From: Gammaproteobacteria bacterium
GTDB taxonomy: Bacteria; Pseudomonadota; Gammaproteobacteria; Poriferisulfidales; Poriferisulfidaceae
Direction: 5' to 3'
NCBI GenBank assembly: GCA_026706895.1
Contig: JAPOXW010000027.1
Location: 8,373-72,372 of the forward strand
Length of the DNA stretch: 64,000 nt
In this document: in pieces, positions 32,099 to 41,967 of the stretch
Layout of the letters: the number at the start of each line of letters is the position of its first letter
Numbering within the stretch: the first letter of the stretch is position 1
Translations under genes and position numbers: made by a program
Notes under the pieces: generated by a model
What the model was told of the DNA's origin: nothing
Database searches by the model: none
What the model saw: the letters and a program-made list of their open reading frames with translations, nothing else

Positions 32099-32838
32099 TG
32101 CGGCACCCCCCGGATTCCCTGTTCCCTCTCGCCGTGTCCGGCCTTGATTTCTCAGTCGGCGGAGAACGGCTGTTGTCCGGATTGTCGTTCGAACTGGAAG
32201 GAAAAGGATGCACGGCAATACTCGGACCCAACGGTTCCGGAAAAACTCTTCTGTTGCGTCTGTGCCACGGCATGCTCACGCCTACTGCCGGGTCTATCCG
32301 GTGGGGGGAAGCCACACCGGTTCAAGCCCTGCCGTCGCAGGCCATGGTTTTTCAATTGCCTGCCATGCTCAACCGCAGCGTGCGAGCCAACATCGACTAT
32401 GCGCTGAGGCTGCGCCGTGTACCTCGCGATGAACGACAACGGCTTGTCCAAGAAGCCGTTGAACTCTGCGGCCTGACAGAAGTCGTCGGGCGCAATGCCC
32501 GGGTTCTGTCCGGTGGTGAGCGGCAAAAGCTGGCCATCGCGCGGGCCTGGGTCACCCGGCCACGCGCCTTGCTGATGGACGAGCCGACTTCGGAACTGGA
32601 CCCCCTCGCCACCCGGGAGATCGAGTCCATGATCCAGCGGGTCGTCGCCCAAGGCGTTCGCGTCATCTTGGCGACGCACGACATGAATCAGGTCCGCCAT
32701 CTGGCAGACGATGTCCTGTTCCTGGAATACGGCCGTTTAAGGGCTCACCTGTCGATCAGGGACTTCCTGAACTATCAGGGCGACGACACGATGCGCGATT
32801 TTGTCGCGCATCCGACCCGTTCCGGAGCCATCTCGTAA
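32095..32838 (+). CDS. ABC transporter ATP-binding protein (TupC-like, no TOBE domain)
   Basis: Walker A GPNGSGKT, signature LSGGERQ, Walker B LLMDEP. Confidence 0.8.
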   Translation: MMRHPPDSLFPLAVSGLDFSVGGERLLSGLSFELEGKGCTAILGPNGSGKTLLLRLCHGMLTPTAGSIRWGEATPVQALPSQAMVFQLPAMLNRSVRANIDYALRLRRVPRDERQRLVQEAVELCGLTEVVGRNARVLSGGERQKLAIARAWVTRPRALLMDEPTSELDPLATREIESMIQRVVAQGVRVILATHDMNQVRHLADDVLFLEYGRLRAHLSIRDFLNYQGDDTMRDFVAHPTRSGAIS

Positions 32839-32843
32839 GTCTC

Positions 32844-33656
32844 ATGCGCCTTACCTTCACTTTCGTCTTGAGCTGTCTGGCTTTTCCTTCCGCAATGGCG
32901 GAATCGGAATTCCTGACCATCGCATCCACTACTTCGACGGATCACTCCGGCCTGTACGATTACCTGTTGCCGATCTACGAGAAGAAATCCGGCGTAAGTT
33001 TCCGGGTTGTGGCCGTCGGTACCGGACAGGCCATCCGCAATGCGATGCGGGGAGATGCCGACTTGCTGATCGTTCACCACCGCGAATCAGAAGAACGTTT
33101 CGTCGCCGAAGGCTATGGATTGCAACGGGATGACCTGATGTACAACGAGTTCATGCTGATCGGGCCACGCGAAGATCCCGCAAAGGTTGCAGAAGTAGAT
33201 GATATTGCAGAAGCTTTCCGTCGCATCTCGCGCTCAGGCGTTACCTTCATCTCTCGCGGCGACGACAGCGGAACCCACAAGCGTGAACTGGAACTATGGG
33301 CAAAAGCGGGCATTCAGGTCCGCCCCGCCAGCGGCGACTGGTACTGGGAGGCCGGAGCCGGCATGGGGCCCACCCTGAACACGGCCGCCGCACGCAATGC
33401 CTATGTGCTGAGCGATGGCGCCACCTGGGCCGCGTTTGGCAACCGGCAGGATTTGGTGGTGGTGTACCAGGACGACCCGCTGCTGCACAACCAGTACGGA
33501 CTCATCGTGGTCAATCCCGACCGTCACCCGCACGTGAAGGGACAGCAGGCGCAGGAATTCGCAGAGTGGCTACTGTCCGAAGAAGGGCAGCAAGCAATCG
33601 CGGCTTTCGAGATCAACGGAAAACGGGTATTTTCTCCAAACGCCAAACCACGTTGA
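32844..33656 (+). CDS. periplasmic substrate-binding protein, tungstate/sulfate-type (TupA/WtpA-like, PBP_like_2)
   Basis: Signal peptide; SISTSTDxSGLYDYL...GTGQAIxxAxxGDADLLxVH pattern of TupA family. Confidence 0.65.
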   Translation: MRLTFTFVLSCLAFPSAMAESEFLTIASTTSTDHSGLYDYLLPIYEKKSGVSFRVVAVGTGQAIRNAMRGDADLLIVHHRESEERFVAEGYGLQRDDLMYNEFMLIGPREDPAKVAEVDDIAEAFRRISRSGVTFISRGDDSGTHKRELELWAKAGIQVRPASGDWYWEAGAGMGPTLNTAAARNAYVLSDGATWAAFGNRQDLVVVYQDDPLLHNQYGLIVVNPDRHPHVKGQQAQEFAEWLLSEEGQQAIAAFEINGKRVFSPNAKPR

Positions 33657-33733
33657 ATCCTCGATTTCTCCTAATCTTGGAAAATTAATAAATTCTGGCT
33701 TATATTCGTAAAATGAATATTTATTGTTGAATA

Positions 33734-33771
33734 ATCTATTTCATACTGTAAAAATATAAATTGAAATAGAT
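33734..33771. promoter_or_regulatory. 10-bp perfect inverted repeat ATCTATTTCA-N18-TGAAATAGAT in AT-rich region 45-80 nt upstream of ATPase gene; candidate operator
   Basis: Read directly from sequence. Confidence 0.4.
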
Positions 33772-33813
33772 ATTATGATAAAATAACGTCGCCTGTTGTG
33801 CGGGAGACGTTTC

Positions 33814-35058
33814 ATGTTGTATAAATTAGAAATTGAAAATTTCCTGTGCTTTCGGGAACGCCAGGTCATTGATTTGACTGCTTCAAAAACGGCGGCTTTG
33901 GATGAAGCCCATTTCGCCTCGATTTTTTCGGGTGCGGCGGTTAAGGCTCCAAAAACTGTCTTTATCTATGGTGCGAACGCCTCGGGCAAATCCACGGTGG
34001 TCAAGGCCATGTCCTTGCTGGCGTACTTCGTTACCAACAGTTATGATGACAGAAATGCCGCCGGGATTATCTGCCAGCCGTTCGCGAGCAGCGACATGCT
34101 GGAAAAACCGGTGCGCCTAGCGGTCGAATTTGGCGATGTGATGAATCCATCCCTTGAAATCGATCCAAAAGGGACTCACAGCAACGTAACCTATGGGGCT
34201 TGGCGATACGAACTCGAATTGATCAGAACCAATCCTAAGACCGTATGGGTGCACATGGAAAGCCTCCGCCAGAAACCAAACGGTGCTGGCAAATGGAAAA
34301 GGGTCTTCGAGCGAAACGGAGGGAGCCTGCAGGGATCGAAAGCATTCCCTCTCAACAACCATACGCGGGAAATCGAGAAAATTCCAGCCGTTTCCAGCGT
34401 TATCAGCACACTGGCATGGTTCGAACACAAGGCATCCAAGGCACTGGCCAATGCCGCACAGGGGATTTTCAGCAATACTTTTTTGGACAAATTCGACAAT
34501 GACAGTCCCTTTTTGAAATATTGCCTGGAGTTTTATCAGGCAAATCCGGAGGCCCTGAAAAGTCTTAATCAGGAAATTCAGCGGCTTGACGTCGGAATCA
34601 GGCAGATGAGTATTTTCTCTGGTTCAACTGATTCGGATGGCCCTTTCGCTACATTCGAACACTCTGGATTGGACTCCCCCATTCTGTGGATGATGGAAAG
34701 CCAAGGAACGCGATCTTTTGTTCGGTCGTTCCCTCGAATCTATGCCGCACTTCAAGCCGGCGGTGTCGCGATTATGGACGAACTAGATCAGTCCCTCCAC
34801 CTCAATCTCCTCACTGAAATCCTGCACTGGTTTCACTCGTCGGCAGAAAACCCTGATGATGCCCAATTGTGGGCGACTTGTCATTCCGCCCCACTGATGG
34901 ATGACCTTCTGAAGGAAGAGATCATCTTTTGCGAAAAAGACTCGCATGGATGCGCGCAAGCGTACTGTCTCAAGGAAATTCAAGGGGTTCGAAGAAACGA
35001 GCGTTTCTCGAAGAAATACCTTGGCGGAGTCTATGGGGGGATTCCAAATATCGGGTAA
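33814..35058 (+). CDS. AAA_21/SMC-like ATPase (AbiLi/RloA-like) of two-gene defence module
   Basis: MLYKLEIENFLCFRE N-terminus, Walker A GANASGKST, Walker B IMDELDQSLH; GGAG RBS; visibly lower GC. Confidence 0.75.
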   Translation: MLYKLEIENFLCFRERQVIDLTASKTAALDEAHFASIFSGAAVKAPKTVFIYGANASGKSTVVKAMSLLAYFVTNSYDDRNAAGIICQPFASSDMLEKPVRLAVEFGDVMNPSLEIDPKGTHSNVTYGAWRYELELIRTNPKTVWVHMESLRQKPNGAGKWKRVFERNGGSLQGSKAFPLNNHTREIEKIPAVSSVISTLAWFEHKASKALANAAQGIFSNTFLDKFDNDSPFLKYCLEFYQANPEALKSLNQEIQRLDVGIRQMSIFSGSTDSDGPFATFEHSGLDSPILWMMESQGTRSFVRSFPRIYAALQAGGVAIMDELDQSLHLNLLTEILHWFHSSAENPDDAQLWATCHSAPLMDDLLKEEIIFCEKDSHGCAQAYCLKEIQGVRRNERFSKKYLGGVYGGIPNIG

Positions 35059-35074
35059 TTTCCCTTAGCTGAAC

Positions 35075-35623
35075 ATGCAGAAAAGAAAGCTGATCCTCCT
35101 CGGCTGCGAGGGGAAGTCCGAGCGCGCATACGCTGCTTTGTTGAACCGATTCGTGCGCGAGGCCAGCCTCCCGGTACAAATCCGATCTCTAAACTTGGAA
35201 CATGCCGGAGATCCTCTGAGTCGAGTGCAACTGTTGCTTAGAAAAACCAGAACCGACAGGAAGCAGTATCCGTGGATGGGTATTCTTTTGGATTCTGATC
35301 AGGTTCAAGGTGGACGCTCGGATTCCCGCTCCCGTGAAGCATGTCGTTTAGCAAAAGAACATGGCATCAACTTAATTTGGCAAAACCCATGCCATGAAGG
35401 ATTGCTTCTCAGACACATGCCAAGACAAGACAAAACCCAACCAGTCAACTGCATTGACGCGCAAAGGAAACTCGTCGCTATCTGGGACAAGTATCAGAAG
35501 CCCATGAACGCAAACCAACTATCCCGGCGAATCGGTCTTGAAGATGTGCAACGGGCGGCTCGCGCAGAGCTCGACCTGGGAAAACTCCTGAAAGCGACAG
35601 GACTACCTCTTTCAACTCGATAG
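35075..35623 (+). CDS. RloB-like (AbiLii/TOPRIM-like) protein
   Basis: KLILLGCEGKSERAYA N-terminal motif characteristic of RloB family; 16 nt downstream of ATPase. Confidence 0.6.
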   Translation: MQKRKLILLGCEGKSERAYAALLNRFVREASLPVQIRSLNLEHAGDPLSRVQLLLRKTRTDRKQYPWMGILLDSDQVQGGRSDSRSREACRLAKEHGINLIWQNPCHEGLLLRHMPRQDKTQPVNCIDAQRKLVAIWDKYQKPMNANQLSRRIGLEDVQRAARAELDLGKLLKATGLPLSTR

Positions 35624-35654
35624 CCCTCGCACACGACCTGTTCTCACGTTTCTT

Positions 35655-35936
35655 TCAACTCTGTGCCTCGCGCTCGCGGGCTTGAGCGATGTCGTAGCTG
35701 TTCTGCATCCTCAGTAACGTGTCTCCGGACACCCCAAACGCCTTTTCGATCCGAGTCGCCATTTCCAACGAAAGGCGCACATGCTCGTGGAACAATGCAG
35801 ACAGTGCGGGGCGCGAAACCCCAAGCATCCGCGCTGCGTCGGTTATCGACAAACCCAACGGTTCAACAATTTCGCTCTTCGCGAATTCTCCCGGATGAAC
35901 TGGGTTCTTCATGCGGATTCCATGTCCTGCGCTCAT
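35655..35936 (-). CDS. HigA-like HTH (XRE) antitoxin-family protein, orphan
   Basis: MKNPVHPGE...GLSITDAARMLGVSRPALS... HigA signature; no upstream higB (only ~50 bp to next gene). Confidence 0.65.
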   Translation of the reverse strand: MSAGHGIRMKNPVHPGEFAKSEIVEPLGLSITDAARMLGVSRPALSALFHEHVRLSLEMATRIEKAFGVSGDTLLRMQNSYDIAQAREREAQS

Positions 35937-36032
35937 GATTGCCTCGTTGCTTCTTTGGATCGCAAGGCCCCGTGTCGGCACGCAATACCCGACAAACGCC
36001 CATATGCGAACATGTTCCGAGATTTTAACCTG

Positions 36033-37259
36033 CTAGTGTGCGGGTACCCCATGCAAACGTTCTGCACGACGGCGCAACAGAGCCACGGTCGCCAGCAAAA
36101 GAATCGAAATCAGGACGAAGATCGTCGCCACCGCCAGAATGGTCGGCGAGATCTGCTCCCGGATGCCGGAGAACATTTGACGCGGGACCGTCCGCTGGGT
36201 CACGTCGCCGAGCTGCAGGATCACGACCACTTCGTCAAATGAAGTGATAAAGGCGAACAGGGCTCCGGATACCACGCCGGGAAGAATGATCGGTGTCTGT
36301 ATCTTGAAGAAAGTTCGCACCGGCGAAGCGCCGAGGCTGGTCGCCGCGCGCACCAGGTTGTGGTCGAATCCCGCCAAGGATGCTGTGACCGTAATGACCA
36401 CGAACGGAACCCCAAGCACTGCATGCGCGAAGATCAATCCGAGGTAGGTCTTCGCGAGCCCGACCTGGCTGAACGCGAAAAACAACCCGGATGCCGTAAT
36501 GACCAACGGCACCACCATCGGTGAAATCAGCAATGCCATCACGGTGCGCTTGAACGGCATTTCCGAGCGGCTGAGGCCGACCGCGGCCATCGTTCCGAGT
36601 GCCGTGGCCAAAAGGGTTGCCGGAATGCCGATGATGAAGCTGTTCTTGATGGAACGCACCCACTGCGCGTTGTTCCACATGTCGGCCCACCAGCCGATCT
36701 CCGCATCCGGCGCCACCATGCCATTGCGCACGATGTCGGCATACCAGCGCAGGCTGAAGGCATCCGCTTCCAGATTCAGCATACCGGCGGTAAAACTGAA
36801 ATACGGTTCCTGGTTGAAGGACAAGGGCACCACGACGAAGATCGGCACCACCAGGAACAGGAAAATCAGCGCGCACGCTCCGCGGAACAGGTAAAACAGG
36901 GATACTTCGCGCGGCCCGGCATACTCCGGCAGGCCCTCTCGGTAGCGCCCGGTGGCGAGCCAAGCGGATGCCGACGCCAAAACCCAGCCAAGCGCTAGCA
37001 TCAGCAAGGCGAAAGCCACGCCGTGCGTCGCGAGCCCCGCCAGCGCGAGTGCGAGCATGCAGAACGAACGCGCGACTCTCGGCGATTCGGGATGAATCGC
37101 GGCAGGAAGCGACAGCAAAGCGAACAGCAAGGCACCTGCCAGCGTGTACGGCAGCATCAACGCGGTGTCACCGTATGCGGTGAGCAGCCCGACCAGGGCA
37201 CCCGCCAGACCGCACCAGGCCGCAGCAAATCGGACCGGGGGGCGGATCGCCTCAAGCAT
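36033..37259 (-). CDS. ABC transporter permease (PotC-like) with long N-terminal hydrophobic extension
   Basis: C-terminal ~260 aa PotC-like with EAA loop; N-terminal ~140 aa extra TM segments (start uncertain). Confidence 0.7.
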   Translation of the reverse strand: MLEAIRPPVRFAAAWCGLAGALVGLLTAYGDTALMLPYTLAGALLFALLSLPAAIHPESPRVARSFCMLALALAGLATHGVAFALLMLALGWVLASASAWLATGRYREGLPEYAGPREVSLFYLFRGACALIFLFLVVPIFVVVPLSFNQEPYFSFTAGMLNLEADAFSLRWYADIVRNGMVAPDAEIGWWADMWNNAQWVRSIKNSFIIGIPATLLATALGTMAAVGLSRSEMPFKRTVMALLISPMVVPLVITASGLFFAFSQVGLAKTYLGLIFAHAVLGVPFVVITVTASLAGFDHNLVRAATSLGASPVRTFFKIQTPIILPGVVSGALFAFITSFDEVVVILQLGDVTQRTVPRQMFSGIREQISPTILAVATIFVLISILLLATVALLRRRAERLHGVPAH

Positions 37260-37262
37260 CCC

Positions 37263-38519
37263 TCAGCCCAACCTCATCCGATCGATGCCGGATACGCGGT
37301 CATACAGCCAGTACAGGAACATGACCAGCACCAGCAGCACGAAGCCCATTGCCGCCGCCAGTGGCCAGTTGAGCGATCTCCGCATGTGGAAATCGATCAG
37401 GTTGGAAATCATCTGCCCATCCTGCCCGCCCACCAAGGCCGGGGTGATGTAGTAGCCGGTAGCAAGGATAAATACCAGCACCACGCCTGCCCCGATGCCC
37501 GGCAGGGTCTGCGGCAGGTAGACCCTCCAGAAGGCCACCCAGCCGTTTGCGCCCAAGCTGTGCGCCGCCTGGACGTACGCCTTCGGGATGGTTCGCATGA
37601 CCGCATACAGCGGCAGGATCATGAACGGCAAGAGAATGTGCGTCATGGCGACCAGGGTCCCGGTCCGGTTGTAGACCATGCTGAACCGGCTGTCGTCGCC
37701 GATGACCCCGAATGCGACAAACAGGTCGTTCAGCACCCCGTTGCCCTGCAGGATTGCGATCCAGGCAGTGGTGCGCACCAGGATCGAGGTCCAGAACGGC
37801 AACAGTACCAAAATCAGGAGCAGGTTCGTGCTTCGCTGGGGCAAGTTGGACAGTAGATAAGCCACCGGATAGCCCAACAACAGGCAGAAGATCGTGACCA
37901 GCGCGGAGATTTCGACCGTGCGCCAAAACAGCGTAAGGTGGATGCGGCGTTTCTCATCCTGACGACGAATCGAACCGTCGCCGCTGTATTTGAGATCTAC
38001 CGAGGTCGCCAGATAGGTTGGCGTATACCGGGCTGCCGCGACACGAAGCGCTTGCCAGGTCTCGAGTCGGCCCCACGCTGGTTTGAGATCAATCAGTGCC
38101 TTCTTATAGGGAGCCTCAAGACGCGCCGCCCTGCGCGCCGTGGAAGTGAGCAGAGACCGACCCCCGGGCAGTTCCCGGTTCACCCGGGTTGCCACTTTGC
38201 CGATGGTTTTGTCTTTCCTCGCCTGCACCAAGTCCTTCTGCAGGGCTTCGTACATTGCTTCGGTCGGCTCCGACGCGCCGTCCCACGCCTCCAATACGGG
38301 AGTGCTGTGCGACATGTATCGTGCGTACGTATCGTCATGAACCCCCTGCCACAGGAATACCAGCACCGGAATAATGAAGGCCGCGAACAGGAAGGCCAGC
38401 AGCGGCATGGTCAGCCCCAGAGCCCTGAGCCGGCGGACCATGAGTGCCCGCGCCAGTTTTGTTTTAAGCGGGATGCCGTCGACGGCGATGACCGACTCTG
38501 GGGAGGCGGATGGAGTCAT
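37263..38519 (-). CDS. ABC transporter permease (PotB-like) with large periplasmic loop
   Basis: TM1 then ~150 aa hydrophilic insert then PotB-like core. Confidence 0.7.
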   Translation of the reverse strand: MTPSASPESVIAVDGIPLKTKLARALMVRRLRALGLTMPLLAFLFAAFIIPVLVFLWQGVHDDTYARYMSHSTPVLEAWDGASEPTEAMYEALQKDLVQARKDKTIGKVATRVNRELPGGRSLLTSTARRAARLEAPYKKALIDLKPAWGRLETWQALRVAAARYTPTYLATSVDLKYSGDGSIRRQDEKRRIHLTLFWRTVEISALVTIFCLLLGYPVAYLLSNLPQRSTNLLLILVLLPFWTSILVRTTAWIAILQGNGVLNDLFVAFGVIGDDSRFSMVYNRTGTLVAMTHILLPFMILPLYAVMRTIPKAYVQAAHSLGANGWVAFWRVYLPQTLPGIGAGVVLVFILATGYYITPALVGGQDGQMISNLIDFHMRRSLNWPLAAAMGFVLLVLVMFLYWLYDRVSGIDRMRLG

Positions 38520-38556
38520 GAATCGAATCTTGAAGAGGCGTCCAAATCCCGGCCGC

Positions 38557-39657
38557 CTATCCCTCGACCAGCCAGGCGTTGAATCTTTCGTTCAACTCAT
38601 CCAGATAATCCGCCCAGAATTCCACGTCCTGCCGAATCACTGTCTTCAGGTTGTCCGGCCAAGTCGGCATATGCGGTCGCATGTCCAGTTCGGGGTTGGA
38701 ATGATGGGATCCAATCATTTCGGAAGCAGTATGCCGTACCGGCGCATAGGAAATCCACGACGCCTGCACCGCCATGTTTTCAGGCTTGGAGGCGAACGCG
38801 ATGAAGTCGAGTGCCAGATCCCGATTCGGGGCGCCCTTCACGATCGCCCAATGCCCAATCTCCAGCACCTGTGCATCCCAAACGATGGTCAGGGAACGGC
38901 CTTCCAGTTCGGATGCGTCGAAGATCCGCCCGTTGTAGGCCATACTCATCACCACTTCGCCGTCCGCCAGCAATTGCGTCGAATGAGAGCTCGCCTCCCA
39001 CCACACGACTTGCTCCTTGATGCCGTCCAGCCGAGCGAAGGCACGATCGACCCCCTCCGGAGTCGCCAGCACCTCGTAGACCCGACCTGGAGGAACTCCG
39101 TCAGCAACCAGCGCCATCTCCAAAGCGGCCTTGGGGCTCCTGCGCATGCCGCGCCGGCCGGGAAATTTTTCCAGATCGAAAAAATCACGGATGGTGGCTG
39201 GCCCCGGTGACAACCGGTCCCGATCGTAGGCGAACACCATTGACGCCACTATGTGCCCGATCATGCAGGGACTGATGGCTCCCTCGGGAAAGTCCTGCTC
39301 GGCGGGAGTCCCGTCCGGTGCCGGGGGCAGGATGGAGGGATCAATCTCCTCCAACAATCCCTCATCGCATCCTAATAGTCCCTCGGCAGCCTCGATATCC
39401 ACGACATCCCAAGTGACGTTTCCGGCCAGAACCTGCGACTTGATTTCGGACAAGCCCCCGCTGTAGTCCTCGGACAGGACCCGGTGGCCGGTGCGGGCCA
39501 TCCATGGCTTGTGGTAAGCCTCCACCTGACTCTGGGTATAGGGGCCACCCCAGGAGACCACAGTCAGGTCGCCCGCGACCGCGCCCGGTGCCGCAAGCCA
39601 AGCTGCCGCGGCAAGAAAAAGAGCAAAGAGCCTCTTTGGCGATCGTGCCCGTGCCAC
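38557..39657 (-). CDS. periplasmic substrate-binding protein, PotD/PotF-like (paralog 1)
   Basis: Signal peptide ...AAPGAVAGDLTVVSWGG; GTG start near 39657; longer ORF-track extension rejected. Confidence 0.75.
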   Translation of the reverse strand: MARARSPKRLFALFLAAAAWLAAPGAVAGDLTVVSWGGPYTQSQVEAYHKPWMARTGHRVLSEDYSGGLSEIKSQVLAGNVTWDVVDIEAAEGLLGCDEGLLEEIDPSILPPAPDGTPAEQDFPEGAISPCMIGHIVASMVFAYDRDRLSPGPATIRDFFDLEKFPGRRGMRRSPKAALEMALVADGVPPGRVYEVLATPEGVDRAFARLDGIKEQVVWWEASSHSTQLLADGEVVMSMAYNGRIFDASELEGRSLTIVWDAQVLEIGHWAIVKGAPNRDLALDFIAFASKPENMAVQASWISYAPVRHTASEMIGSHHSNPELDMRPHMPTWPDNLKTVIRQDVEFWADYLDELNERFNAWLVEG

Positions 39658-39662
39658 CTCGC

Positions 39663-40739
39663 TCACTTGATCAGCCAGGCATTGAAGCGTTCGTTCAATT
39701 CGTCGACATGGTCGGCCCAGAATTCCGCATCGTTCCGAATCGCCGTCTTCATGTTGTCCGGCCAGGTGGGAAGGTGCGGCCCCATCTTCAGGTCGGGGTC
39801 GGCGTGGTAGCTCCCGACCCGTTCGAAGGCAGACCTGCGCACCGGCGAATAGGAAATCCACGAAGCCTGGACGGCCATGTTCTCGGGCATGGAGGCAAAC
39901 CTCAGGAAGTCCAGTGCCAGTTCCAGGTTCGGAGCCCCTTTCACGACCGCCCAGTTGTCGCCTGCCAAGACCTGCGCGTCCCAAACCATGGCGAGCGGTT
40001 GGCCTTCCGCCGCAATCGCATTGAAGATGCGGCCGTTGTAGGCCGTGCTCATGACCACCTCGCCGTCGACCAGCAGTTGCGGCGGCTGGGCGCCCACCTC
40101 CCACCACAGGACATGCTCCTTGATGCTGTCCAGCTTGGCGAAGGCGCGGTCGATCCCCTCCGGGGTCGCCATCACCTCGTAAACCTGGTCCGCCGGGACG
40201 CCGTCGGCCACCAGTGCCATCTCGAGGTTGACCTTGGGGGTCTTGCGCATGCCGCGCCGACCCGGAAATTGCTCCAGGTCGAAGAAGTCCTGAATGGTGC
40301 TCGGAGGCGGCGACAATCGCTCCCGGTTGTAGGCATAGGCCGTCGACCAGGCGACGGTGCCGATGGCGCAGTCGCCGATAGCGCCCTCAAGAAAATCCTC
40401 TTCGGCAGGCGTCCCGTCCGGGGCCGCAGGCAGGATTTCAGGATCAATTTCTTCGAATAGCCCCTCGTCGCATCCCAGAATGGCTTCGGCATCCTCGACA
40501 TCCACGATGTCCCAGGTGACGTTGCCGGCCTCGACCTGCGCCTTGACTTCGGACAGGCCGCCGCTGTAGTCCTCGGACAGGATCCGGTAGCCGGTGCTGG
40601 CCATCCACGGTTTGAAATAAGCCTCGGTCTGGCTCTTGGTGTAGGCGCCGCCCCAGGAGACGATGGTCAGGTCGCCCGCTGCTGCAATTGTTGTCATCAG
40701 GCATGCACCCACAGCGAAGGGAAAAATGGGAAGTTTCAC
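39663..40739 (-). CDS. periplasmic substrate-binding protein, PotD/PotF-like (paralog 2)
   Basis: 358 aa, highly similar to paralog 1 at protein and DNA level. Confidence 0.8.
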   Translation of the reverse strand: MKLPIFPFAVGACLMTTIAAAGDLTIVSWGGAYTKSQTEAYFKPWMASTGYRILSEDYSGGLSEVKAQVEAGNVTWDIVDVEDAEAILGCDEGLFEEIDPEILPAAPDGTPAEEDFLEGAIGDCAIGTVAWSTAYAYNRERLSPPPSTIQDFFDLEQFPGRRGMRKTPKVNLEMALVADGVPADQVYEVMATPEGIDRAFAKLDSIKEHVLWWEVGAQPPQLLVDGEVVMSTAYNGRIFNAIAAEGQPLAMVWDAQVLAGDNWAVVKGAPNLELALDFLRFASMPENMAVQASWISYSPVRRSAFERVGSYHADPDLKMGPHLPTWPDNMKTAIRNDAEFWADHVDELNERFNAWLIK

Positions 40740-40769
40740 GGGTAACTCGGAAAAATTCTAAAAGCCTGA

Positions 40770-41852
40770 TTATGGTAGTGCATCCAGCGCGCGACAGTCC
40801 TCGGTATTCCAGCTGACCGGCGTCTTCTGGCCCACCTTCAGGTGCTCATGACCTGCCGCGTTGGGCATCTTGACAATGAAATCGTCATGTCCCAGCACCC
40901 TCATACGGCAACGAATGTGGTCGCCAAGATAAATCAATTCCTCCACCACCGCATCAAATTGGTTCTCCCCCGCGTCGCCGATGAATACCCGCTCCGGACG
41001 GATCGACAACGTGGTCGGGGTGCCGACCCCGCTGCAGTTGATGGCCAGCGCCCGGCCCTGGCCCATATCTTCGATCGAAACCTCGGCCACGCCATTGTCG
41101 ACACGTTCAACCCGGCCGTACAGCCGGTTGTTCTCTCCGATAAAGCGCGCGACAAATGCCGTCTCCGGACATTCATAAAGCGTTTCCGGATCGGAATCCT
41201 GCTGGATGGAGCCATCCTTGAACACTGCGATCCGGGTCGACATGGTCAACGCTTCGGATTGATCGTGCGTCACATAGACGACGGTCACGCCCAGGTGGTC
41301 GTGCAGGCGCTTGATTTCGTACTGCATGTGCTCACGCAGCTGACGGTCCAGCGCTCCCAAAGGCTCATCCATCAGCACCAGTTCCGGTCGGAACACCAGG
41401 GCGCGGGCCAGTGCGGCGCGTTGCTGCTGCCCTCCCGACAGTTCGGACGGGCGGCGATTGCCGAACCGCCCCATCTCCACCATCTGCAATGCCTCGCGCA
41501 CTCGTTCCTCGATTTCGGAGCGCCCCATCCGGCGCACCTGCAGCGGGAATGCAAGATTCTCATTCACCGTCATATGCGGGAACAAGGCGTAATTCTGGAA
41601 TACCACGCCGATGCCCAGTTGGTGCGGAGGCACGGAATTCACCGGGTGGCCATCGAGACGGATCTCTCCATGCGTGACGGTCTCGAATCCAGCCAACATC
41701 ATCAGGCTGGACGTCTTGCCCGAGCCGGACGGCCCGAGCAGGGTCATGAATTCACCGCGGGGGATGCTCAGGTTGAGATTTGCAACCGCCAGAGTCTCAC
41801 CGTCATAGCTTTTTTGAACCTGGTCGAATTCTACGAACGCAGTATCCGTCAT
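40770..41852 (-). CDS. ABC transporter ATP-binding protein (PotA-like, with C-terminal TOBE-like domain)
   Basis: GPSGSGKT, LSGGQQQR, LLMDEPLGALD; GGGAG RBS before ATG at 41852. Confidence 0.85.
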   Translation of the reverse strand: MTDTAFVEFDQVQKSYDGETLAVANLNLSIPRGEFMTLLGPSGSGKTSSLMMLAGFETVTHGEIRLDGHPVNSVPPHQLGIGVVFQNYALFPHMTVNENLAFPLQVRRMGRSEIEERVREALQMVEMGRFGNRRPSELSGGQQQRAALARALVFRPELVLMDEPLGALDRQLREHMQYEIKRLHDHLGVTVVYVTHDQSEALTMSTRIAVFKDGSIQQDSDPETLYECPETAFVARFIGENNRLYGRVERVDNGVAEVSIEDMGQGRALAINCSGVGTPTTLSIRPERVFIGDAGENQFDAVVEELIYLGDHIRCRMRVLGHDDFIVKMPNAAGHEHLKVGQKTPVSWNTEDCRALDALP

Positions 41853-41967
41853 AATCGGCACTCCCGATGCCGGCAAACCCCTCTCGGTTTCGTCCCGCGG
41901 GTGCCGGAGAGAACACTCCCCTGCTTCAATCTCGCGGCAACCCGCAGTCCGAGGAAAACGATGCGTT

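Noticed and set aside
38557-40107. 516-aa ORF-track entry fusing SBP paralog 1 with ~150 aa of upstream sequence
   Set aside because: The N-terminal 150 aa are Arg/Gly-rich and low-complexity, and overlap the 3' end of paralog 2 in another frame. A signal peptide and a GTG start at ~39657 give a normal 366-aa SBP.
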